A stretch of 64,000 nt of DNA. It comes from Lewinellaceae bacterium (lineage in GTDB: Bacteria > Bacteroidota > Bacteroidia > Chitinophagales > Saprospiraceae). A program made the translations under genes and the position numbers. Of this stretch, positions 9,109-17,986 are shown in pieces. The stretch's first letter is position 1, and each line of letters opens with the position of its first letter. The stretch covers positions 2,722,921 through 2,786,920 of the forward strand of contig JACJXX010000002.1 in the NCBI GenBank assembly GCA_020636435.1, in the 5' to 3' direction. The notes under the pieces are model-generated. The model was not told where the DNA came from and ran no database searches. It saw nothing but the letters and a program-made list of their open reading frames with translations.

Positions 9109-9151
9109 CGTCATACAATCATGACTGAATAGTCGCAAAAAAACCGAAAAT

Positions 9152-10540
9152 TTGACACTTATTAAATCTATATCAGGAATCCGGGGCACCATCGGCGGAA
9201 AGGCCGGCGATAATCTGACGCCTCAGGACGTAGTCGAATGCACCGCCGCTTTTGGATACTGGCTGCTGAAAAATGGAGCCCCCGCCAAAGTGGTGGTCGG
9301 CCGTGATGGCCGCATCTCAGGGCCCATGGTAAGCCAGTTGGCCACCGCGGCGCTGATCGGCCTGGGCATCGACGTGGTCGACCTGGGCTTGTCGACCACC
9401 CCAACGGTGGAAATGGCGGTGCCGGCGGAAAAGGCGGGCGCCGGCATCATATTCACGGCCAGCCACAATGCCGCCGACTGGAACGCCCTGAAATTCCTCA
9501 ACCACAAAGGGGAATTCATTTCCCAGGCGGATGGGGAGGCGCTGCTCCGGCTGCTGGAAGAGGGAAATATCGAATATGCCCCGGTGGAGAACCTGGGCAC
9601 CTATCGGCAGGCAGAAGGCTATTTCGAATACCACATCGAAAAAATCCTTGCCCTGCCTTATGTCGATGCGGAAGCGGTGAGGGAGCGTGGATTTAAAGTG
9701 GTGGTCGATTGCATCAACAGCACCGGCGCACTGGCGCTGCCTCCCTTGCTGGAAGCCCTCGGCTGCAAAACCGTGCTGCTCAACGCCGAACCCAACGGCC
9801 GCTTCGCCCACAATCCCGAACCCTTGCCTCAGCACCTGCAGGAACTTTGCCAAACTGTAAAACGCGAACAGGCCGCCCTCGGCGTCGCTGTCGACCCGGA
9901 TGTAGACCGCCTGGCCCTGGTGTGCGAAGACGGGCAGCTCTTCGGTGAAGAATACACCCTGGTGGCCGTTGCGGATTACATCCTTCAGCAAAAAACCGGC
10001 AATACGGTCTCCAACCTTTCTTCCACCCGCGCCCTGCGCGACGTGACCCGCCGGCACGGCGGCGAGTACTACGCCAGCGCCGTGGGGGAGGTGAATGTAG
10101 TGGAGAAAATGAAAGAAATGGGCGCCGTTATCGGCGGGGAAGGCAACGGAGGCGTCATCGTCCCGGGCCTGCACTACGGGCGCGACGCGCTGGCGGGCCT
10201 GGCGATTTTCCTGACGCACCTGGCGCGATTCGGCGGACCGGCCAGCGCCCTGCGGTCTTCTTATCCGGATTATTACATGGTAAAGGACAAAGCTGCCCTG
10301 AAACCGGAGATCGACGTTGCCCGCTTGCTGGAGCAACTGGAAGAACGGTTCAAAAACGAAGACTACAGCACCATCGACGGACTCAAGATCGACTTCGAGC
10401 ACGGCTGGGTGCACCTGCGCAAATCAAATACGGAACCCATCATCCGGATTTACTCGGAAAGCAACAGCCCGGAAGCGGCGCAACAACTGGCCGAACGGAT
10501 GAAAACGGCCATGGAGGAGATATTGGGGGATGATGGATAA
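9152..10540 (+). CDS. glmM: phosphoglucosamine mutase
   Basis: 462 aa with a TTG start. The phosphoserine loop is FTASHNAADWNALKF, and the N-terminus is MTLIKSISGIRGTIGG. Confidence 0.9.
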   Translation: MTLIKSISGIRGTIGGKAGDNLTPQDVVECTAAFGYWLLKNGAPAKVVVGRDGRISGPMVSQLATAALIGLGIDVVDLGLSTTPTVEMAVPAEKAGAGIIFTASHNAADWNALKFLNHKGEFISQADGEALLRLLEEGNIEYAPVENLGTYRQAEGYFEYHIEKILALPYVDAEAVRERGFKVVVDCINSTGALALPPLLEALGCKTVLLNAEPNGRFAHNPEPLPQHLQELCQTVKREQAALGVAVDPDVDRLALVCEDGQLFGEEYTLVAVADYILQQKTGNTVSNLSSTRALRDVTRRHGGEYYASAVGEVNVVEKMKEMGAVIGGEGNGGVIVPGLHYGRDALAGLAIFLTHLARFGGPASALRSSYPDYYMVKDKAALKPEIDVARLLEQLEERFKNEDYSTIDGLKIDFEHGWVHLRKSNTEPIIRIYSESNSPEAAQQLAERMKTAMEEILGDDG

Positions 10541-10598
10541 ATTGTTATATTGCTAAATGGCTAAAGGGTTCCCGCCCACCGGCCCCGCCGAGCATCAG

Positions 10599-10640
10599 CA
10601 ATCGAACAATCGAACAATCTAACAATCTAACCATCCAACC
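10599..10640. repeat. octamer word array (CAATCNAA) x5 ending at a start codon
   Basis: Reads caatcgaa caatcgaa caatctaa caatctaa ccatccaa cc, immediately followed by ATG at 10641. Confidence 0.85.
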
Positions 10641-12143
10641 ATGCCCACCCTAACCAAAAACAAAACCACCCAGTTAGAACAATACTTCGCCCCCTTCCGG
10701 GAGAAGGTCATCGGCTACAACCAGCATTTTGAAACCCCTTATGGCACCCGGCGGATCATCTATGCCGACTGGACGGCCAGCGGGCGGCTCTACCAGCCGA
10801 TCGAAGAGCTGCTGTACAAAGGCATAGCGCCTTTCGTGGGCAACACCCATACAGAGACTACCGTGACCGGGTCTTGTATGACGATGGCCTACCATCAGGC
10901 CAAGGACATCATCAAGGCCCATGTCGGCGCCTACCCGAAAGACGTGCTGATCTCTTCCAATTCGGGGATGACGGGAGTGGTCAACAAATTCCAGCGCATC
11001 CTGGGGCTGAAAGTGCACGAACGCTACACCAGCCAGGTGCAGTTGCCTAAGGAGGAACGCGCGGTGGTCTTCGTCTCCCACATGGAGCACCATTCCAACC
11101 AGACTTCCTGGCTGGAAACCCTGGCCGACGTAGAAGTCATAGAACCTAACGAAGAAGGCCTGGTCGACTTGGCTTCCCTGGAAGCCTTACTGGAAAAATA
11201 CAGCGACCGGAAGACGAAAATTGCCGCCGTCACCTCCTGCTCCAACGTGACCGGCATCAAAACGCCATACTACCAGATTGCCGAGCTGATGCACCGCAAC
11301 GGAGGGTTGTGCTTCGTCGACTTTGCCTGCTCGGCGCCTTATATCGACATCGAAATGCGGCCGGAAAACAAGCTCCAGCACCTGGACGCCATCTATTTCT
11401 CTCCCCATAAGTTCCTGGGCGGCCCCGGCTCGACCGGCATCCTGGTCTTCGACCCGAAGCTGTACACCAACCGCGTGCCCGACAACCCCGGCGGCGGAAC
11501 GGTCGACTGGACCAACCCCTGGGGCGGCCATAAGTACATCGAGGAGATCGAGGCACGAGAGGATGGCGGGACGCCCGCCTTCCTGCAGACCATTCGCGTG
11601 GCGCTCTGCGTTCTGCTAAAAGAGAAGATGGGCGTGGAGAACATCCTGAAGCGGGAAGAAGAAATGCTGGAACGCATCTGGCGCCGCCTGGATCAGTTGC
11701 CCAACCTCCACATCCTGGCCGATAATGTACGCGAACGCCTGGGCGTGGTGTCGTTCTACATCGACGGCCTGCATTACAACCTGGGGGTGAAATTGCTCAA
11801 CGACCGCTTCGGCGTGCAGGTGCGGGGCGGTTGCTCCTGCGCGGGCACCTACGGGCATTACCTGCTGCACGTTTCTCAGCAGTACTCCCGGTCCATTACC
11901 GAAAAGATCAACCACGGCGACCTGTCCGAGAAGCCGGGCTGGATTCGCATGTCTATCCATCCCATTATGACTGATGAAGAGCTGGATCACATCCTGGATG
12001 CGATCGAGGCGGTTTATCGCCACCATGAAGAATGGGGCAAGGACTATAACTATATTTCCCACACCAACGAGTATACCTGCAAAGACGACCCCGGCTATGA
12101 AACCCAACTGGTGGCCGGCTGGTTTAGTAAGGAGTTATTGTGA
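10641..12143 (+). CDS. class V aminotransferase-fold PLP enzyme (cysteine desulfurase/selenocysteine lyase-like)
   Basis: 500 aa. The PLP-lysine motif is FSPHKFLGGPGSTGILVF. Confidence 0.85.
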   Translation: MPTLTKNKTTQLEQYFAPFREKVIGYNQHFETPYGTRRIIYADWTASGRLYQPIEELLYKGIAPFVGNTHTETTVTGSCMTMAYHQAKDIIKAHVGAYPKDVLISSNSGMTGVVNKFQRILGLKVHERYTSQVQLPKEERAVVFVSHMEHHSNQTSWLETLADVEVIEPNEEGLVDLASLEALLEKYSDRKTKIAAVTSCSNVTGIKTPYYQIAELMHRNGGLCFVDFACSAPYIDIEMRPENKLQHLDAIYFSPHKFLGGPGSTGILVFDPKLYTNRVPDNPGGGTVDWTNPWGGHKYIEEIEAREDGGTPAFLQTIRVALCVLLKEKMGVENILKREEEMLERIWRRLDQLPNLHILADNVRERLGVVSFYIDGLHYNLGVKLLNDRFGVQVRGGCSCAGTYGHYLLHVSQQYSRSITEKINHGDLSEKPGWIRMSIHPIMTDEELDHILDAIEAVYRHHEEWGKDYNYISHTNEYTCKDDPGYETQLVAGWFSKELL

Positions 12144-12286
12144 GGCGACGCCTTCCCGCCGGGTACTGCCGGGGCAAAAGGTGTCGCCTCCCGCCCCTTA
12201 GGCAGCAAAGGATTAGTGTCGAGGTGGCATCCCGTTAGAGGGTCAGTTGTAGTTTTATTAACAGAAAGGATAAAAGAAAAGGATAA

Positions 12287-12820
12287 ATGAAAAATCTTAA
12301 CACCTTCCTCCGCATCGTCCTCTCCCTGGCCTTTCTCGGCCTGGTAGGGTGGGGCATATACTGGAGCGTCCGCTCCATCAGCCGCATGTACCAGCAGTTT
12401 ACCCCCATGTGGGCTGCCGGGATGACCCTCGGCTCGCTGGTGCTCATCCTGTGCACCCTCATCCTGGCCTACGCCATCAACCGGGCTGCGGGTAAGAGGA
12501 GCAAGCCCATCCCTGCCGAAAAGGCGCGTGCCTATCAGCTATTTGTCGAAATGTGGCTGTCGAGAAACAGGAAGCCGTCGCGGGAAAAGCAGCACAAGCT
12601 GGCGCAAATGCTGGCCCTGTGGGCTGACGATGGTGTCATTGAGGCGTACATGTTATTTCAGGAGCTGGCCAGCGACCCGGAAAGCAGCTGGGACGATATA
12701 CATGACATGGCCGGGGAAGTGGTGCTGGCTATGCGGACGGACCTCGGGTTTTCAACCATCACCATTACCTCGGATGATTTGACGGAAATGCAGGCCAGTA
12801 GATCGTTGCCCGAGGACTAA
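12287..12820 (+). CDS. hypothetical membrane protein (two N-terminal TM helices)
   Basis: 177-aa ORF with hydrophobic segments LRIVLSLAFLGLVGWGIYW and AAGMTLGSLVLILCTLILAYAI. No motif recognised. Confidence 0.6.
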   Translation: MKNLNTFLRIVLSLAFLGLVGWGIYWSVRSISRMYQQFTPMWAAGMTLGSLVLILCTLILAYAINRAAGKRSKPIPAEKARAYQLFVEMWLSRNRKPSREKQHKLAQMLALWADDGVIEAYMLFQELASDPESSWDDIHDMAGEVVLAMRTDLGFSTITITSDDLTEMQASRSLPED

Positions 12821-12829
12821 ACCTAATAA

Positions 12830-12984
12830 GTGATGAGAAATAAATAACATAAGCCAATATGCTTCATCTTTTTCCGCCATACTTCGTTACTTCCTCGTTG
12901 CGTCCGTACGGATGCGCCTCGGAAAAGCCTCGTCTGGCGAAAAAATATTTTGCCTATTGGCTCACCTTATTTATGTCTCATCAC
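12830..12984. mobile_element. family C MITE-like element, copy C1 (155 bp)
   Basis: TIRs are GTGATGAGAAATAAATAACATAAGCCAATA and its imperfect complement ending ...TTATTTATGTCTCATCAC. It is flanked by TAA at 12827-12829 and 12985-12987. Its centre shares ATCCGTACGGATGCGCCTC with C2. Confidence 0.8.
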
Positions 12985-12997
12985 TAATGAACAAACC

Positions 12998-14140
12998 ATG
13001 AAACGCATATACTTCGACAACGCCGCCACCACCCCCCTGGCAGATGAAGTGATAGAAACCATGGCCCGCGCCATGCAGAATACTTTCGGCAACCCTTCTT
13101 CCATCTACGCTGAAGGGCGCAATGCCCGCGCTGCCATCGAGCAGGCCCGCAAAGAGGTAGCACACTACCTGGGCGCCTCAATAGGAGAAATCTTCTTCAC
13201 CTCCGGCGGCACCGAGTCGAACAACATGGCCCTCAAGTGCGCAGTGCGCGACCTGAAGGTGGAGCGCATCATTTCCTCACCCATCGAGCACCACTGCGTC
13301 CTGCATTCCCTGGATAGCCTGGAGCGGCTCGGACAGATCGAACGGGAGGAAGTTAAACTGGATGCTCAGGGGCATCCGGATATCGAGCGCCTGGAACAGT
13401 TACTGAAAAGCAGCGCCAAAAAAACAATGGTGTCCCTCATGCACTCCAATAACGAGATCGGAGCCATGATCGATCTGCAGGAAGTGGGGGAGCTGTGCCG
13501 GCAACACGGCGCCTTGTTCCACTCCGATACGGTCCAGACCATAGGATATTATCCGATCGACGTTTCCAAAACGCCCATCAGCTTCCTCTCCGGCTCGGCG
13601 CATAAGTTTTACGGGCCCAAAGGCGTAGGCTTCATCTACATCAACGGCGACAACATCATAAAACCCTACGTGGACGGCGGCGCCCAGGAGCGCAACATGC
13701 GCGGCGGCACGGAGAACATCTACGGCATTCTCGGCCTGGCGAAAGCCCTGAGCCTGGCTTATGGCAACCTGGAAGAACGCCGTCGAAAAGTAACGGATGT
13801 GCGCAACTACATGAAAACCCAACTGGAAGCCCACTTCGGCAACCTCCAGTTCAACGGAGATCCGGAAAACGGGCATTACAAACTATTGAGCGTGGCCTTC
13901 CCGCCTTCCGGCAAGGCCGATCTTTTGCTGTTGAGCCTCGACATCGCCGGGGTCAGCGTCTCGGGCGGCAGCGCCTGTAGTTCGGGCGCCGATGCGGGCT
14001 CGCATGTCATTGAAGCCCTGAAGGGCGACCCGGACCGAAAGACCATCCGCTTTTCTTTCTCGCACAACAATACCCGGGAGGAGGTGGATCAGGTGGTGGC
14101 GAAGTTGAAGGAGATACTGCCGGTGGGGGTGGGGGCGTAG
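12998..14140 (+). CDS. cysteine desulfurase (NifS/IscS family)
   Basis: Starts MKRIYFDNAATTPL at ATG 12998. The longer track ORF from 12950 begins inside element C1. PLP lysine is in SGSAHKFYGPKG and the catalytic Cys loop is VSGGSACSSG. Confidence 0.9.
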   Translation: MKRIYFDNAATTPLADEVIETMARAMQNTFGNPSSIYAEGRNARAAIEQARKEVAHYLGASIGEIFFTSGGTESNNMALKCAVRDLKVERIISSPIEHHCVLHSLDSLERLGQIEREEVKLDAQGHPDIERLEQLLKSSAKKTMVSLMHSNNEIGAMIDLQEVGELCRQHGALFHSDTVQTIGYYPIDVSKTPISFLSGSAHKFYGPKGVGFIYINGDNIIKPYVDGGAQERNMRGGTENIYGILGLAKALSLAYGNLEERRRKVTDVRNYMKTQLEAHFGNLQFNGDPENGHYKLLSVAFPPSGKADLLLLSLDIAGVSVSGGSACSSGADAGSHVIEALKGDPDRKTIRFSFSHNNTREEVDQVVAKLKEILPVGVGA

Positions 14141-14147
14141 AAAAGAC

Positions 14148-14234
14148 GGAACGCGGATGACGCGGATCTGGCGGATTTTCGCGGATAGCTCACGCGTCGC
14201 TTCCATATCTGCGTGTATTCGCAAAATTCGCGTT
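14148..14234. repeat. CGCGGAT-word palindrome K1 between convergent genes
   Basis: The left arm is GGAACGCGGATGACGCGGATCTGGCGGATTTTCGCGGAT. The right arm is ATATCTGCGTGTATTCGCAAAATTCGCGTT. The same module recurs at 15604-15642 (reverse complement) and twice in 32128-32271. Confidence 0.7.
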
Positions 14235-14262
14235 GTCCCTGCCGCGAGGCGCGTGTTCTGGT

Positions 14263-14928
14263 TTATCCATACTCCCGCTCCCCAAACAACAAGCTCCCAA
14301 TCCGCACCATCGTACTGCCTTCTTCCAGGGCGATCTTGTAGTCATCCGACATGCCCATGGAAATCTCGCGGAAGCTGTCCTGATTGGCGAAGAAGTTGTC
14401 TTTCAGGTATTGGAAGATTTTTCTAAGTTGTTGAAACTCCCGGCGCACCTGCTCCTCATTGTCGGTGAAAGTTGCCATGCCCATCACGCCCGCGATGCGA
14501 ATGTTCTTCAGGTTTTTAAATGTATCGGAGCGGAGCATCTCATAAGCTTCTTCGGGTTCGAAGCCGTATTTGGTGTCTTCCTCGGCGATCTTGAACTGCA
14601 GCAGGCAATCGACTACCCTTTTGTCCTGGGCAGCGCGTTTGTCGATCTCTTTCAGCACCTTGAAGCTGTCCACAGAGTGAATGAGATGCACCCAGGAGGT
14701 GATGTATTTCACTTTGTTGGTTTGCAGGTGCCCGATGAGGTGCCAGCGGATGTCTTTGGGCATCTGCTCGTACTTGTCGATCATTTCCTGCACCCGGTTT
14801 TCGCCGAAATCGCGCTGCCCGGCCTGGTACAGCTCCATGATCTTTTCCGGCGGGTGGGTTTTGGACACGGCGACGAGGGTAGCTTGGGTGGGCTCCAGTT
14901 CTTTGAGTAGGTCCTGCAGTTCTTTCAT
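14263..14928 (-). CDS. yggS: YggS-family pyridoxal-phosphate homeostasis protein
   Basis: 221 aa, with LVAVSKTHPPEKIMELYQAGQRDFGENRVQE. Confidence 0.9.
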   Translation of the reverse strand: MKELQDLLKELEPTQATLVAVSKTHPPEKIMELYQAGQRDFGENRVQEMIDKYEQMPKDIRWHLIGHLQTNKVKYITSWVHLIHSVDSFKVLKEIDKRAAQDKRVVDCLLQFKIAEEDTKYGFEPEEAYEMLRSDTFKNLKNIRIAGVMGMATFTDNEEQVRREFQQLRKIFQYLKDNFFANQDSFREISMGMSDDYKIALEEGSTMVRIGSLLFGEREYG

Positions 14929-14991
14929 GCTTGCTTTTTTTTCGCCACGAAGGCATCGCGAAGGCTTTGTGTTTTCAGGGTGGCGGCCTAA

Positions 14992-15179
14992 TTCTACTTT
15001 GTTACTTTAACACTGAGACCGCAGATTGTAGGCTGCTCAACTGCTGACCAGCAGTTGAGCAGCCTCTCTGCGTCCACGAATTTGAACCGCAGAGAGCGCT
15101 GGGATACGCAGAGAAAGTGCCGCCCCCCTGCGTCTCTCCGCGTCCCCTGCGGTTAATTTTTTAAAGTAACAAAGTAGTA
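14992..15179. mobile_element. family B element, copy B1
   Basis: Shell TIRs are CTACTTTGTTACTTTAA (14994-15010) and TTAAAGTAACAAAGTAG (15161-15177). CTAA direct repeats lie at 14988-14991 and 15180-15183. The interior carries a perfect 17-bp hairpin, AGGCTGCTCAACTGCTG (15030-15046) with CAGCAGTTGAGCAGCCT (15049-15065). Confidence 0.8.
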
Positions 15180-15275
15180 CTAAATAGTTGCGTTATTTTT
15201 AGAACAACACAACCTTCCAGTAGTTTGGCGCCCTCCACTTTTGGATTTCCTTAACTCCAGTCAGGAAATATTTTT

Positions 15276-15542
15276 ATGTTGCCTCTCGTTTATCCAACAT
15301 ACTTTCACCCTGATAACTGCTCGGCTATGTATACCTACAACCACAAGTTTGAACGCGCTGCCAGTGCCCGCCGGGCCACGGCAGTGTTTTTCACCATCCT
15401 GTTTCACCTCCTCCTGATCGGCGGCATCGCCTACAGCACCGGCGTGGATATGAACAAGTATACGCCGGAATTCGTCAAAACGCTGCTGGGCATGGAGGAT
15501 GACGGCGCTGCTACAGCGAAGGTGGAGGTACCGAAGCCTTGA
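15276..15542 (+). CDS. small membrane protein resembling a TonB N-terminal segment (possible truncated gene)
   Basis: 88-aa ORF, with an alternative ATG at 15327. It has a TM segment RRATAVFFTILFHLLLIGGIAY, then AATAKVEVPKP, then a stop. Repeat DNA begins 7 nt later. Confidence 0.35.
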   Translation: MLPLVYPTYFHPDNCSAMYTYNHKFERAASARRATAVFFTILFHLLLIGGIAYSTGVDMNKYTPEFVKTLLGMEDDGAATAKVEVPKP

Positions 15543-15548
15543 GAAGGG

Positions 15549-15580
15549 GTAAATGTGCGAAAGTGTAAACGTGTAAACGT
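15549..15580. repeat. octamer word array (GTAAANGT) x4
   Basis: Reads gtaaatgt gcgaaagt gtaaacgt gtaaacgt. The word is related to the arrays flanking the A2 core at 18015-18047. Confidence 0.75.
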
Positions 15581-15603
15581 GCCGCTTGCCGTTGGGCTGC
15601 CAA

Positions 15604-15642
15604 ATCCGCGTCAACCCGCCCGATCCGCGTCATCCGTGTTCC
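15604..15642. repeat. CGCGGAT-word module K2 (inverted copy)
   Basis: The reverse complement reads GGAACACGGATGACGCGGATCGGGCGGGTTGACGCGGAT, which aligns with K1 and the 32128/32229 copies. Confidence 0.7.
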
Positions 15643-15647
15643 ATCCA

Positions 15648-16298
15648 TCAGAACAGCCCGTGCAACTCCGCCCTCACCTGGTTGAGTATTTCCCCCAGGT
15701 CTTCCGGGTTGTGGATAAAATCCACGTCATCGGCATTGATGACCAGCAGGCGCCCTTCCTTATAATTTCCGATCCAGTTTTCGTAGCGTTGGTTGAGCCG
15801 TTTGAGGTAGTCCAGGCTCATATTGCCCTCGTAGTCGCGGCCGCGGTCCTGAATGTGGGCCACCAGGGTGGGGATGCTGGCCCGCAGGTAGATGAGCAGG
15901 TCGGGCGGCTGGATTTGGGAGGACATGGTCTTGAAGAGCTGAAAGTAGTTCTGAAAATCCCGGGTAGACATCAGCCCCATGTCGTGCAGGTTGGGGGCGA
16001 AGATGTAGGCATCCTCGTAGATGGTTCGGTCCTGCACGACCGTCCGGTCTCCGTTGAGGATTTTGAGCACCTGTTGGTAGCGGCTGTTGAGGAAGAAAAT
16101 CTGGAGGTTAAACGACCAGCGCTGCATGTCGTTATAGAAATCGCTCAGGTAAGGGTTGTCGTCGGTAGATTCGTAATGGACATCCCATCCGAAGTGCTTG
16201 GCCAATTGTTCAGTGAGGGTGGTCTTGCCGGCGCCGATGTTGCCGGCAATGGCTACGTGTTTGACCTTTAGCGTGGAATCTTGTTGAGGCTGGCTCAT
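15648..16298 (-). CDS. deoxynucleoside kinase
   Basis: ATG at 16298 gives MSQPQQDSTLKVKHVAIAGNIGAGKTT (P-loop). The longer track ORF from 16385 starts inside palindrome F. Confidence 0.9.
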   Translation of the reverse strand: MSQPQQDSTLKVKHVAIAGNIGAGKTTLTEQLAKHFGWDVHYESTDDNPYLSDFYNDMQRWSFNLQIFFLNSRYQQVLKILNGDRTVVQDRTIYEDAYIFAPNLHDMGLMSTRDFQNYFQLFKTMSSQIQPPDLLIYLRASIPTLVAHIQDRGRDYEGNMSLDYLKRLNQRYENWIGNYKEGRLLVINADDVDFIHNPEDLGEILNQVRAELHGLF

Positions 16299-16349
16299 AG
16301 TATCGTTTGGTTGTCCGCCACGAAAATATGTTGCCTGGGGGAAAATTTT

Positions 16350-16454
16350 AAACTTTTCTTTAAAAAATAAATCCGACGTCAACAAATGATGGTGAAGGCC
16401 GAAGGTCTGTGAGTGAAGGCCGATCCATCATTTGTTGACTTAAAGTGTCGAATT
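16350..16454. repeat. singleton palindromic element F
   Basis: TTAAAAAATAAATCCGAC..GTCAACAAATGATGG pairs with CCATCATTTGTTGAC..GTCGAATTTATTTTTTAA. The centre carries GAAGGCCGA twice. Confidence 0.75.
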
Positions 16455-16512
16455 TATTTTTTAATCACTATCCAGTGCTAAAGTTTCCTTTTTTGCGCAA
16501 TACCTTTGTTTA

Positions 16513-16667
16513 GGGATGAAAAATAAATAACTGACGCCAATTGCCGTTATCTTTTTCCGTTGGGCGGCGTTATTTTTTCGTTACATCCGTACGGATGCGC
16601 CTCAAAAATGCCTTGCCCAGCGAAAAAATATTTAGGCACTTGGCCCAACTTATTTAATTTTCATCCC
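16513..16667. mobile_element. family C MITE-like element, copy C2 (155 bp)
   Basis: TIRs are GGGATGAAAAATAAATAAC and CTTATTTAATTTTCATCCC (17/19). TTTA direct repeats lie at 16509-16512 and 16668-16671. It ends 39 nt upstream of gatC. Confidence 0.8.
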
Positions 16668-16706
16668 TTTACCGATTAAAACAGGGCAAACATCTAAAAA
16701 TCTGCA

Positions 16707-17000
16707 ATGAAGATAGATAAGCAGTTAATTTCGAAGCTTGAACACCTGGCGCGCCTGGAATTGTCAGATCAGGAAGCCGGGCGCCTGATGGCGGACCTCA
16801 ACAGCATCCTCGAAATGGTCGAAAAACTTCAGGAACTGGATACCTCTGAAACCGAGCCACTGGTGTACATCAATGAAGATGTCAATGTACTCCGGGAAGA
16901 CGCGGTGGCAGGGCAGGTGAGCCGGGAGGATGCCCTGCGCAATGCGCCGGATCAGGCGGGCGGCCACTTCCAGGTGCCGAAAGTCATAGATTTAGGATAA
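16707..17000 (+). CDS. gatC: Asp/Glu-tRNA amidotransferase subunit C
   Basis: 97 aa, with [42 protein letters not shown]. Confidence 0.9.
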   Translation: MKIDKQLISKLEHLARLELSDQEAGRLMADLNSILEMVEKLQELDTSETEPLVYINEDVNVLREDAVAGQVSREDALRNAPDQAGGHFQVPKVIDLG

Positions 17001-17017
17001 AACGTAAAACGATTGGC

Positions 17018-17749
17018 ATGAGCGTAATGATCTCCGTTAAAGAATTGACCAAGACCTATATCATGGGCGCAGCTAAAGTGCACGCGCTGCAGGGCGTGTC
17101 GCTGGATATCCAACGCAACGAGTTCGTCGCGCTGATGGGCCCCTCGGGTTCCGGAAAATCCACCTTGATGAACCTGCTGGGCTGCCTCGACACGCCGACC
17201 AGCGGAGCGTACTGGCTCAACGGCATCAATGTAAGCACGATGGAAGACAATGACCTGGCCGAAGTGCGCAACAAAGAGATCGGCTTCATCTTCCAAACTT
17301 TCAACCTGCTGCCCCGGCTCAGCGCACTGGAAAATGTGGCTTTGCCGCTGGTTTACGCAGGAGTGAGCAAAGCCGATCGCCGCGAAAAGGCCATGCAGGT
17401 GCTGGATGCAGTCGGGCTGGGCGACCGGGTAGAACACAAACCCAACGAGCTGTCCGGCGGGCAGCGCCAACGGGTGGCCATCGCCCGCGCCCTGGTCAAC
17501 GACCCCTCCATCATCCTCGCCGATGAGCCCACCGGCAACCTCGACACCAAAACCTCCATCGAGATCATGGGCATCCTGGAGGAAATCCACCGGCAGGGCA
17601 ACACCGTCATCCTGGTCACCCATGAACCGGATATCGCCGAGCACGCCCACCGCGCCGTCCGCCTCCGCGACGGCATGGTGGAAAGCGACGAGATCAATGA
17701 AAATATCATTACGGTGGATGATCCTGAGCATCGGTACAAGCAGGGCTGA
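17018..17749 (+). CDS. ABC transporter ATP-binding protein (MacB/LolD-like)
   Basis: Walker A is GPSGSGKST, the signature is [15 protein letters not shown], and Walker B is IILADEPT. No permease gene is adjacent. Confidence 0.9.
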   Translation: MSVMISVKELTKTYIMGAAKVHALQGVSLDIQRNEFVALMGPSGSGKSTLMNLLGCLDTPTSGAYWLNGINVSTMEDNDLAEVRNKEIGFIFQTFNLLPRLSALENVALPLVYAGVSKADRREKAMQVLDAVGLGDRVEHKPNELSGGQRQRVAIARALVNDPSIILADEPTGNLDTKTSIEIMGILEEIHRQGNTVILVTHEPDIAEHAHRAVRLRDGMVESDEINENIITVDDPEHRYKQG

Positions 17750-17816
17750 TTCGATTTTTGATTTTCGAAGTGTGACTTTTGATTTGGGAAGTTCGCAAAT
17801 TCCCATTGCCCACTTA

Positions 17817-17975
17817 GGCACGAGGAAAGAATAAAGTGTTCAATTATGGGGCAGTAATTTTTGTGCCAGGCAAGGCGCGAAGAATGAAGATAGCCAAAGC
17901 TACCTGAGTGATGAGCAACGCAGCATGGCGCAAAAAGGACAAGCCAGAATGGACAGTTTATTCTTTCGTCGTGCC
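17817..17975. mobile_element. family I MITE-like element (159 bp)
   Basis: TIRs are GGCACGAGGAAAGAATAAAGTG and CAGTTTATTCTTTCGTCGTGCC (20/22). TTA direct repeats lie at 17814-17816 and 17976-17978. Confidence 0.75.
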
Positions 17976-17986
17976 TTAATAGCATA

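Noticed and set aside
12950-12997. N-terminal extensions of the cysteine desulfurase (12950), deoxynucleoside kinase (16385), HDIG protein (18761), agmatinase-like gene (46336) and GT4 gene (28391).
   Set aside because: The extensions lie in MITE/palindrome DNA or in the upstream gene, and lack homology-like sequence. Internal ATGs give canonical family N-termini.
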